This document shows positions 1-9,000 of a stretch of 32,000 nt of DNA, in pieces. Position 1 is the stretch's first letter; the number at the start of each line of letters is the position of its first letter. The stretch is taken from the NCBI RefSeq assembly GCF_000354175.2, contig NC_022349.1:570001-602000 (forward strand), in the 5' to 3' direction. The notes beneath the pieces are model-generated. The model was not told the origin of the DNA, made no database searches, and saw only the letters and a list, made by a program, of their open reading frames with translations. This DNA is from Vibrio alginolyticus NBRC 15630 = ATCC 17749 (GTDB lineage: Bacteria; Pseudomonadota; Gammaproteobacteria; Enterobacterales; Vibrionaceae). Position numbers and translations under genes: made by a program.

Positions 1-201
1 AGGGCGTCAACACTCTGGCTATGTAGATGCATACAACTTAGCTAAGCTTGCTTTGACCATGTTTTAGTTATTCGAACCTAGCTAGCTTGTAATTAAATTA
101 TCATCCAACCATTGTTGTTTTGTCATGCAGTCTGTTTAGTGTGGAAAGAGCTAAACACATACCTTGACCAGTATTTTAATAACAATGTCGTTGGCTTATT
201 G

Positions 202-228
202 AAAAACGCGCAGAGTGCGCGTTTTTTT
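202..228. terminator. Bidirectional rho-independent terminator hairpin
   Basis: AAAAA-CGCGCA-gag-TGCGCG-TTTTTTT. A GC-rich stem is flanked by an A-run on one side and a T-run on the other, so either strand reads stem plus U-tract. It lies 78 nt downstream of the minus-strand TerB-like stop at 309. Confidence 0.7.
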
Positions 229-308
229 ATGGCTACAGAAGCGATATCTGTTGTCATCCTAGGGGTAGCTTAGAGTTAGCCAGCGACTTATATACTCATC
301 TCGTCACT

Positions 309-749
309 TTACTGAGACTGTAACTTCGCTCGAATGAACTCGCTGTGATCAACATAGAGTAGCTCTGCTGTTTTACGGATCACCGCGTCTTCTAGCGGGT
401 CAATTTCGCCGTCTGCGTAAGCGACTTCCCACATGCTTTTGATTAAGTTATAACGAGTTTCTTGAGTCAGTTCTCTTAGTTGAGAGGTAAAGTCGTACAG
501 CGAAGCGGAATCTTTTATTTTCTGTTGCGCTTGCTCTAACAAAGTATTTGATTCTTCTTCATTTAACGAAAGCAGTTTCATCAATAAAGAGCGCTTTGTT
601 TCTTGTTCTCTATCATCGACACTATGGTCTGCACCAGAAACTTCACAAAGCAAACACGCGATAGCCATGTTAGGGGAAAGTGTGTTGGTTTGGCTTAAAT
701 CAGAGCCATCAATGAGTTGTTTAAATAATGATGTGAGAGAATTAAACAT
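309..749 (-). CDS. TerB-family (tellurite-resistance TerB / DjlA N-terminal-like) small cytoplasmic protein
   Basis: The ORF 309..866 is trimmed to the ATG at 749 (MFNSLTSLF...). The C-terminal half, SMWEVAYADGEIDPLEDAVIRKTAELLYV, matches the TerB-type ADG-x-I-x-x-x-E helix pair. The 39 upstream codons look non-coding (poor composition, TTG-type extension). Confidence 0.6.
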   Translation of the reverse strand: MFNSLTSLFKQLIDGSDLSQTNTLSPNMAIACLLCEVSGADHSVDDREQETKRSLLMKLLSLNEEESNTLLEQAQQKIKDSASLYDFTSQLRELTQETRYNLIKSMWEVAYADGEIDPLEDAVIRKTAELLYVDHSEFIRAKLQSQ

Positions 750-938
750 AATGAACACCGAGCTATTGTTTATTTGGTTAACATGGTAATAAATACGGAA
801 GATCTCAAGGTGCGATACCAAATTTAGCACGCCGTTGACATTTAAGCACGGCCACTTTCTCCCCAAAAAACCTAAACTCCTGAGTTAGTTTAAGGTGACT
901 TGCCTCTTACAAAGGGCAAGTCATTTTGGGATTGATAC

Positions 939-2879
939 TCAGCTTTCAGCACGTGTCGGTGGAAAATGAACTTCGTCACCATCACTCGTCAGAATACTAA
1001 TTTGACTTGGTTTGCCTTCATCATCAAGACGTAGCTCACCAATGGCACTATGGTTAACCAAGCGATAAAAGTTGTGCGTACTTGGTGCGCGTTTGTAAAT
1101 CTTGAGTCGTTTACGTTTTGTGAACCAGTTTAAAGGTGAGCGAGGGCTGTATAGCAGTCTATCTAGGCCATCACAAATATTGAGCAGTTGTGTAGGGAAC
1201 TGATTTTTAATTCCACTACAGGTGATTTGATAGATATTCGGACTGTTTTTTCGATAGCGGAGCTTAATATCGTATGCAAAAGAGTAGTGTACGTCGCCAG
1301 AGAGAATAACAAAGTTAGTTGGTGTCTTTGTGTGTGTGAAAATACTAATAAGAGTATTCGCACTTCCGGGGTGAGCCATCCAGTTTTCAGCATCAACCAT
1401 CAATGGTTTACCAAGCATGGTCACCACACGTTGTAGTGCTTCGATAAATTTCACACCAAACATTGGCGCGGCAGAAACAATAACAACTTTGTCTTGGTGC
1501 ACGAGTTCTTGGTGGAACTCAATCATCGCTTCCCAGTCCATTAAGCCAGAAGGTTTGTTCATTTTAGACTCAGAACGCCAGCGTCTGGTTCGTGTATCTA
1601 GCACGACAACTTTTGGTGTCGTAGGAATGGTGTAGTGCCAATTCTCAAAGCGATACAAATATTGAATAAATGCATCTTGGGTTTGCGAGGTTCGCTCATC
1701 GATAAAGCGTTGAGCGAGGCTCATAAATTCATCATTGAATTTTTCTGGCGCATTTCCCCAACCTTGGCAAAGCCAGTAAGCAATCAAGCTATTACCGATA
1801 ATGCGTTTTGCAAACGTGTTGCTGTATGCGGCTTGTTCCCAGCCTATGGTGAGATTCCAATCGTCGGTGACATCGTGATCATCAAAGATCATATAGGTTG
1901 GAATGTGAGCGAGTAAGCGTTGAACCTTGTCCAGACCTGCGACGAATTTATCAATTTGTTTTTTTTCTTCGCGCCATTGCTGCTGCCATTTCGGTTCAAG
2001 AACTTCTCCGCCGACAGTAAATTCGTTTTCTAATAAACGATCCGTTCGAACAAGCTTCCACAAGGTCGGAGACCAAACCAATAAGTACATTGCAAAGCAC
2101 TCAGCAAAGCTTATTAGGTGATTCTCACACTCTTTGGCGCTGAATATTGGTGTCCCTCGGTGTGGAAAAAACTTACTTAGTAAACTGTCATCACTCACAT
2201 AATGAGGCAACAATTTATCTCGACCATAATAGCAAGCAGGGTGTTGGTAGAGGTCATTGGTATTTTTTATCGGAGCTTGATCGAATTCTTCGCCTGGCAA
2301 ACCCAATAAAGCTATGACTTGCTCAATGGCATCGAGAGTGGGGCCTGCAACATGGTCTGCATAGATTTGATCACCACTCATGATGAGCATATCTGGTCTC
2401 TCTTCAATGGATTGAGACGCGATTTTATGATCCGCAGCGACCAATGTATCATCACTGAAGTGATGGGGATTACGGCAAGAGCCATGTAAGAGATAATCCG
2501 CTTTTTCACTAACGAGGAACTCAATACCCAAGTTTGGCGTATTATCTCGCTCATAAGTCAGGTGAGGGAGCAGTTCCGTCACTAAGCCATATTGCGTTTT
2601 TATTTGATAGCGTAACGCTTGATGGGTTGGAAACTCGCCTTCTAATTTAAGTAAGCAACACCACGCATTGAGGCCGATTTGAAGCTGTTCTTTTTGTTCA
2701 CTTAAAGGGGCTTGATAAAGGATGGAGGCATTTTCATCCGTAATTTGCACCATACCCTCCAAGCGTTGGGTGGTGACTAGCCAAATATTGATTTCAGTTG
2801 CGGTCACTTTACGTAGGATCGGACCTGCAACGACAAGAGGAAGTGAAGAAATTTCAGTCGTGTTCATCAATGCTGGCAA
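939..2879 (-). CDS. PhoD-like metallophosphatase (alkaline phosphatase D family-like), 646 aa
   Basis: Metallophosphoesterase motifs appear in the canonical order: MSGDQIYADH, IFDDHDVTDDWN and LSGDVHYSF. The start at 2879 is a TTG sitting 5 nt after an AAGGAG. An alternative ATG is at 2867. Confidence 0.6.
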   Translation of the reverse strand: MPALMNTTEISSLPLVVAGPILRKVTATEINIWLVTTQRLEGMVQITDENASILYQAPLSEQKEQLQIGLNAWCCLLKLEGEFPTHQALRYQIKTQYGLVTELLPHLTYERDNTPNLGIEFLVSEKADYLLHGSCRNPHHFSDDTLVAADHKIASQSIEERPDMLIMSGDQIYADHVAGPTLDAIEQVIALLGLPGEEFDQAPIKNTNDLYQHPACYYGRDKLLPHYVSDDSLLSKFFPHRGTPIFSAKECENHLISFAECFAMYLLVWSPTLWKLVRTDRLLENEFTVGGEVLEPKWQQQWREEKKQIDKFVAGLDKVQRLLAHIPTYMIFDDHDVTDDWNLTIGWEQAAYSNTFAKRIIGNSLIAYWLCQGWGNAPEKFNDEFMSLAQRFIDERTSQTQDAFIQYLYRFENWHYTIPTTPKVVVLDTRTRRWRSESKMNKPSGLMDWEAMIEFHQELVHQDKVVIVSAAPMFGVKFIEALQRVVTMLGKPLMVDAENWMAHPGSANTLISIFTHTKTPTNFVILSGDVHYSFAYDIKLRYRKNSPNIYQITCSGIKNQFPTQLLNICDGLDRLLYSPRSPLNWFTKRKRLKIYKRAPSTHNFYRLVNHSAIGELRLDDEGKPSQISILTSDGDEVHFPPTRAES

Positions 2880-2888
2880 AACGGCTCC

Positions 2889-3233
2889 TTATGTGTCAGC
2901 TTCTTCTTCTAATATTTCGATAACTTGCGAGCTACTAAGTTCATGTCCCATAAGGAACAAACCAAGCATCGCATCGGCTTTTGACGCGTTATCACTGTCT
3001 TCATCCAAAATTTGCTGAAGCCGAGTTCTAATTAGGTCGATTTCGTGTTCGACGAAGCCACGCCCTTCTTCGTCACCTTGACCATCTTCTGGTGCATTAT
3101 CAAAGTGCAAAAACAACATGTCACCATCGAGTTGAGTCCCTATCAACCTCTCTGGCAGCCATGCTTCTCCCATCACAATGTCTGTGTCTGCGGGTAAATG
3201 ATTCAAGGTAGAGATGAGTTCTGATGCTTTCAC
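2889..3233 (-). CDS. Small, highly acidic hypothetical protein (114 aa) co-transcribed with the PhoD-like phosphatase
   Basis: Clean ORF with no domain I recognise. It is D/E-rich (EDGQGDEEGRGF, ILDEDSDN, EILEEEADT). Its stop is 9 nt from the downstream gene start, and the AAGGAG for that gene overlaps its stop codon. Confidence 0.55.
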   Translation of the reverse strand: MKASELISTLNHLPADTDIVMGEAWLPERLIGTQLDGDMLFLHFDNAPEDGQGDEEGRGFVEHEIDLIRTRLQQILDEDSDNASKADAMLGLFLMGHELSSSQVIEILEEEADT

Positions 3234-3468
3234 TTTTTACTTCATTATGTTTGATTTAGAACTAAGCTAGAGTTTAAGCGCTTGTTGTAATGGTAAAATA
3301 TTCGCAAACAAGCTCACCTAGTCGTGCAATATTAATATGATCTTGGGACTCAAACTGTCACGAGGATGACAACATTTGCCATTGTAACGGCTATCATCAG
3401 CAGAACATAAGCTTTTAATGGCAAATCATTGATGTTTGCCTGCTTCTCAACCAACATTTTTCGAACTC

Positions 3469-4773
3469 ATGAAGAGATTAATTCTAACAACACTCGCTTT
3501 ACCTTTAGCTGCGGCAGTTTCTTCTGCGCATGGTGCAGAAGAACAAACGTGGGGGATTGCTGCGATGTATCGCACAGCATCGATTCCGTTTTATACCGCC
3601 GATAATGACTCTACGGTGAGTACATTTGTCCCAATGATGTTCTTTGAAAACGAACATGTGTATATCAATGGCATTGAAGGTGGCGCGTTTTTGTATAACG
3701 AGAGTGATTCCGACTGGCGCGCGAGCGCACTCATGCGATTGAGATTTGTCGATATTCCCATGTCGCTACAAAATGCTAATGAAGGGGACAGAGTCGATTT
3801 CGGTGGGCAAGTGCGTTATAGCATTAACGACAATTGGCGCGCAGAAGTAGAGCTGATGACGGACGACGAACTCCAGTTTCACTCTAATTACCGCCTTGCT
3901 GCCAATTATGTATTTGGGGATTGGGAATTAGAGCCATCGATTACGATTCGATACAAAGACGCTGATTTCAATAGTGAATATTATTCCTTTAAGGATATTA
4001 CTGGCGAGAGAATTGGAGCTGGACTTGACACCAATCTTGGTATTAAGGCGCGTTACCATGTAACTTCAAATTTGTATTTACTGGGTGAGACGAGTGTTAC
4101 TCGCTTAGATGATAACGCCTACAACAGTCAGCTTGTAGAAGATCGATATCAGGGAGAAGTGTTTGTCGGTTTTGGCTTTTTCAACGATAAAAGCAAAGTT
4201 CCGAAACCGACACTGAGCAATAAAGCATATCTACGTATTGCGCATGGTTGGGCGACGCCTTCGAACATCGGTGAAATATTTAGCTTTGAGAGAGAAAAAG
4301 ACCCATACGACAATCAACTTACTTCATTGTTTTATGGGCATCCATTAACGGATGAGCTGTTTGGTTTTCCTCTTGATATTTATTTAACGCCAGGGTTGGT
4401 TCATCACTGGTCGTCCAGTGTTCAGTCTGCGAGCACAGAATACGTCATGGCGATTAAGGCTTATTATACGGTTAATTGGCCTACGACTTGGCGATTTGGT
4501 GTAGCGGAAGGTGTGTCATACATTGATAGCATTACCTATATTGAAGGCACAGAAATGGAAGACAAGGGTTATACACCAAGCAAGTTGCTCAACTACCTAG
4601 ATTTCTCGTTTGATGTCAATGTAGGCGATCTCTTCAACCAAAAGAGCTGGAACAATATGTGGGTGGGCTATTCATTGCATCACCGCTCGGCGATTTTTGA
4701 AAGCGCTTCCCAGTTTGGGCGAATTAAAGGTGGGAGCAACTACAATACTATTTATTTCCAGTTCGAGTTTTAG
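3469..4773 (+). CDS. Outer-membrane protein: N-terminal MipA/OmpV-like beta-barrel region plus a roughly 190-aa C-terminal extension with a PagL-like His-x-Ser ending
   Basis: The start is moved to the ATG at 3469, which gives the signal peptide MKRLILTTLALPLAAAVSSAHG. Alternating beta-strand patterns are typical of MipA/OmpV. The C-terminus ...SLHHRSAIF...GGSNYNTIYFQFEF ends in an aromatic residue, as OM barrels do. Confidence 0.65.
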   Translation: MKRLILTTLALPLAAAVSSAHGAEEQTWGIAAMYRTASIPFYTADNDSTVSTFVPMMFFENEHVYINGIEGGAFLYNESDSDWRASALMRLRFVDIPMSLQNANEGDRVDFGGQVRYSINDNWRAEVELMTDDELQFHSNYRLAANYVFGDWELEPSITIRYKDADFNSEYYSFKDITGERIGAGLDTNLGIKARYHVTSNLYLLGETSVTRLDDNAYNSQLVEDRYQGEVFVGFGFFNDKSKVPKPTLSNKAYLRIAHGWATPSNIGEIFSFEREKDPYDNQLTSLFYGHPLTDELFGFPLDIYLTPGLVHHWSSSVQSASTEYVMAIKAYYTVNWPTTWRFGVAEGVSYIDSITYIEGTEMEDKGYTPSKLLNYLDFSFDVNVGDLFNQKSWNNMWVGYSLHHRSAIFESASQFGRIKGGSNYNTIYFQFEF

Positions 4774-4838
4774 CGCATCGCGAGATGCATATAGGTCGGA
4801 TTTGCAACTGACTTATTTATCGCCCATTATGAGTAAAG

Positions 4839-5225
4839 ATGAATAATACTATGCTGCTTTCAACGAGAAATTTCGTATATCGTGCCAGAGTTAAGGCTGT
4901 TTGTGATGCATCTGATGAATCGGATGGCATGAGCACCATGAGTATCGACTCCTCATTCAATATTCAAATTGAAGCGATAAATTGTACTAACTATGAATTT
5001 GCTAAACGCTTTTTTGCCATTCACGGAGAAGGGCATTTGGAGGGAGATGAATGGTTGGTGTTGTACGTCAACTCTCTTGACGTTAAGGCGGGAGACAATA
5101 TAGAAATCCGTAGCGATGTCGCGTTTAATGCGATGATCGAGAATATGATAAGCGAAGCTGAGCGGTCTTTAGAAAAAGTCTACCTTGATGCAATACGCAA
5201 CTTGGAGAAAGTGAATCGTCTTTGA
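4839..5225 (+). CDS. Hypothetical protein, 128 aa, no recognisable domain
   Basis: ORF only, with a weak SD (GAG). It is followed by a shared bidirectional terminator. There is no signal peptide and no motif I can name. Confidence 0.4.
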   Translation: MNNTMLLSTRNFVYRARVKAVCDASDESDGMSTMSIDSSFNIQIEAINCTNYEFAKRFFAIHGEGHLEGDEWLVLYVNSLDVKAGDNIEIRSDVAFNAMIENMISEAERSLEKVYLDAIRNLEKVNRL

Positions 5226-5269
5226 CGATGTAAGAGACCCTATAAATACGTTCAAGGCATCAGGATCCA

Positions 5270-5299
5270 AAAAGGGATTGGCGCGAACCAATCCCTTTT
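5270..5299. terminator. Bidirectional rho-independent terminator between convergent genes
   Basis: AAAAGGGATTGG-cgcgaa-CCAATCCCTTTT forms a 12-bp stem with A/T runs on both sides. It lies between the stop of the 4839..5225 (+) ORF and the azoR (-) stop at 5320. Confidence 0.8.
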
Positions 5300-5319
5300 G
5301 TATTCTGGTTTATTCTAAC

Positions 5320-5904
5320 TTACGCCATTGTTGCAAGTTGGCTTTGCGCTTCTGAAATGCCTTTTGCAGCCGCATCTTCACCCATGTTTAGCGCTTCTGC
5401 GTAAACAAATTCTACATCAGTGATTCCTACAAAACCCAGTACAGTGCGTAGGTATGGCGTAACGTTGTCAGTTGGTGAATCTTTATGAATACCACCACGA
5501 GTCGTTACTACAATCGCCTTTTTACCTTCAATCAAACCTTGAACGCCGTTTTCTGTGTATTTGAATGTCACGCCTGCACGAGCAATCAAATCAATCCAGT
5601 TTTTAAGCTGAGTCGGGATGGTGAAGTTGTACATTGGAGCGGCAATAACCAAAGTGTCTGCGGCCTTTACTTCTTCAATAAGGGTGTCAGACAAGTCGAC
5701 CACCGCTTGCTGTTCTTGTGAAAGATCTTCCGTAGCGCGCAGTGCAGTCGCAACGGCGAAGTCCAAAACAGGTAGCGGGTTTGCAGCCAAATCACGAACA
5801 GTAAGCTTGTCTTGGTCTACATTTTTGATGAAGTTTTCAACCAATTTGTTTGATTGAGAGTAATCGCCAAGGATGCTTGATTTTAGAGCTAGTACACGAG
5901 ACAT
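5320..5904 (-). CDS. azoR: FMN-dependent NADH-azoreductase
   Basis: The protein [19 protein letters not shown]...[35 protein letters not shown]...[10 protein letters not shown] is near-colinear with E. coli AzoR (AcpD) over its full length, as I recall that sequence. Confidence 0.93.
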   Translation of the reverse strand: MSRVLALKSSILGDYSQSNKLVENFIKNVDQDKLTVRDLAANPLPVLDFAVATALRATEDLSQEQQAVVDLSDTLIEEVKAADTLVIAAPMYNFTIPTQLKNWIDLIARAGVTFKYTENGVQGLIEGKKAIVVTTRGGIHKDSPTDNVTPYLRTVLGFVGITDVEFVYAEALNMGEDAAAKGISEAQSQLATMA

Positions 5905-6068
5905 AATGGTTATTCCTTAAATAAGTGCTTTCGACTATGGGAGCCATTATAAGCAACGTAAGTGAGTTCAAAAGTCTAGCGATTCGCTGAACATGTTCGA
6001 AAAAATTGAATGAGCTTTCGGTTATCTTGTTACAGATCTTGTGTGATACAATCCGCGCAGTTTTTGTA

Positions 6069-9000
6069 ATGAAAAGAATAGGAAACGCTTTGACTTCGTC
6101 ACAGCCCCCAAAAAAGAATCTAGCTGAAGAGCAAGCGACACCGTCAAATGGTGCGCAAAAAGCGACAGCGAAACAAGCTCAAACACCTCAGGCTCAAGTG
6201 AATAGTGCTGCATCTCTGCGTAAAGCGCTGAATCAGTGCATGATGCGCGACCGTTTCCGCTTGAGTAAACGTATTTCTGGTGCAAGCAAAATTAAGAAGG
6301 ACGCAGCGCGTAATGCTGTGTTCGACGAAATCGCATTAGACATCGCAAAATCCATGATGGTTGCAGAGCAGCGCAGCAACTACAAACCAACGATTGAATA
6401 CCCAGAAATCCTACCTGTAAGCCAAAAACGCGACGATATTGCGAAAGCGATCGAAGAAAACCAAGTGGTTATCGTCGCGGGTGAAACCGGTTCTGGTAAA
6501 ACCACTCAGCTACCAAAAATCTGTGCTGAGCTTGGTCGCGGTAAATTTGGTCTGATTGGTCATACTCAGCCTCGTCGTCTTGCAGCGCGTTCGGTTGCTA
6601 ACCGTATTGCCGAAGAGATGGAAACCAAGCTTGGTGAGTTTGTTGGTTACAAGGTTCGATTCAACGATCAGATCTCTGAAAATACCCAAATCAAATTGAT
6701 GACGGACGGTATCTTGTTGGCTGAAATTCAGCATGACCGTTTCTTGAATCAATACGACACCATCATTATCGATGAAGCGCACGAGCGCAGCCTCAACATC
6801 GATTTCATCTTGGGTTACTTGAAAGAGTTGCTGCCACGTCGTCCTGATTTGAAAGTGATCATCACGTCAGCAACCATCGACCCAGAACGCTTCTCAAAAC
6901 ACTTCAACAATGCACCAATCATTGAAGTATCGGGTCGTACTTACCCAGTAGAAACACGTTACCGCCCACTAAGCGGTGATGACGACAATGATCGTGACCA
7001 GCTTGAAGGCATCTTCGAAGCGGTAGATGAACTGTGCGATGAAGGTTTAGGTGACATCCTGATTTTCATGAACGGTGAACGTGAAATCCGTGATACCGCA
7101 GATGCATTGTCCAAACGTAATCTGAAGAGCACGGAAATTGTGCCGCTTTACGCGCGTTTGTCGGCAGGTGAGCAGAATAAGATTTTCCAACCTCACACTG
7201 GTCGCCGAATTGTACTGGCAACCAACGTGGCAGAAACCTCGCTAACTGTTCCGGGCATTAAGTACGTTATCGACCCGGGTACGGCGCGTATCAGTCGATA
7301 CAGTTACCGTACTAAGGTTCAGCGTCTTCCAATCGAGCCAGTTTCTCAGGCGAGTGCGAACCAGCGTAAAGGTCGTTGTGGTCGTGTGGAAGAGGGTATC
7401 TGTATTCGTCTGTACTCAGAGGAAGATTTTGAGTCGCGCCCAGAGTTTACTGATCCTGAAATCCTGCGTACCAACCTAGCGTCGGTTATCTTGCAAATGA
7501 CGGCACTTGGTTTGGGTGATATTCAAGCGTTTCCGTTTGTGGAAGCACCGGATAAACGTAACATCCAAGACGGCGTGCGTTTGCTGGAAGAGCTTGGTGC
7601 TATTAACTCTGAGGTAAAAGACCCGAAAAAACGCCTGACTTCCATTGGTCGCCAATTAGCGCGTTTGCCAATCGATCCGCGCTTGGCGCGTATGGTATTG
7701 GAAGCGCCAAAATATGGTGCGCTTAAAGAAGTGATGATCATCGCAGCGGCCTTGTCGATTCAAGATCCACGCGAACGTCCTTCAGATAAACAACAATCGT
7801 CAGACGATAAGCATCGTCGTTTCTTCCATGAAGAATCGGACTTCCTGACATTTGTGAATTTGTGGGAATACATCCAAAAGCAGCAAAAAGCCCTGTCTAG
7901 CAATCAGTTCCGCAAACAGTGTAAGCAAGACTATTTGAACTACTTGCGCGTTCGCGAGTGGCAAGACGTTTACTTCCAAATTCATCAGTCGATGCGTGAA
8001 ATGGAATTCAAACTTAACGATGAGCCTGCTTCTTACCATGGTGTACACAGTGCGATCTTGGTTGGTTTGCTGTCGCACATCGGTATGAAAGACCAAGAAA
8101 AGAATGAATATCAAGGCGCGCGCAATGCTCGTTTCCATATCTTCCCTGCATCGGGTCTATTTAAGAAACAACCTAAGTGGATAATGTCAGCCGAGTTGGT
8201 GGAAACCTCGAAACTTTGGGGCCGTATCATCGCAAAGATTCAACCAGAATGGATTGAGCCGTTAGCTAAACACCTTATTAAACGCAGTTACAGCGAACCA
8301 CATTGGTCGAAGAAACGTGCGGCGGTGATGGCGCACGAGAAAGTCATGCTTTACGGCGTACCAATTGTATCGAAACGCTTGGTCAACTACGGCAGTATCG
8401 ATTCGACCGTAAGTCGCGAAATCTTCATTCGTAGTGCATTGGTTGAGGGTGAATGGGAAACCAAACACGCGTTCTTTAAGCAAAACCGTAAGCTTCTGCA
8501 AGAAGTGGAAGAGCTTGAGCATAAATCTCGTCGTCGTGACATCTTGGTGGATGATGATGAGCTGTTTGATTTCTATGACCAACGTGTTGGTACTGAAGTC
8601 GTTTCTGGCAAACACTTCGATACGTGGTGGAAAAAGGCATCTAAAGAAAATCCGGAACTGCTGAACTTTGAAAAAGAGATGCTGTTCAAGGGTGATGCTA
8701 GCCATGTGACCGATTTGGATTACCCGAACTTCTGGCATCAAAATGGTTTGAAGCTCAAATTGAGTTACCAATTTGAACCAGGCGATGATAGTGACGGTGT
8801 CACAGTGCATTTGCCGTTGCCGATTTTAAACCAAGTTGAACCAGCGGGTTTTGATTGGCAGATCCCAGGTTTACGCCATGAGCTTGTGGTTAGCTTGATT
8901 AAATCGTTGCCAAAGACAATTCGTAAGAACTTTGTGCCTGCGCCAAACTATGCCGATGCATTCTTAGCACGTGTCACGCCAATGGAAGCGCCGCTGCTAG

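Noticed and set aside
749-866. N-terminal extensions offered by the ORF track: 309..866, 3436, 6006, 10875, 13415, 14609, 22688 and 23745
   Set aside because: The extensions start at TTG-type codons or run across terminators or upstream genes. Internal ATGs with SD sequences, signal peptides or Walker motifs give more plausible starts. I kept TTG 2879 for the phosphatase because its SD spacing is good.
4775-4792. Short hairpin GCATC-gcga-GATGC just after the OM protein stop
   Set aside because: The stem is only 5 bp and no T-tract follows, which is too weak to call a terminator.
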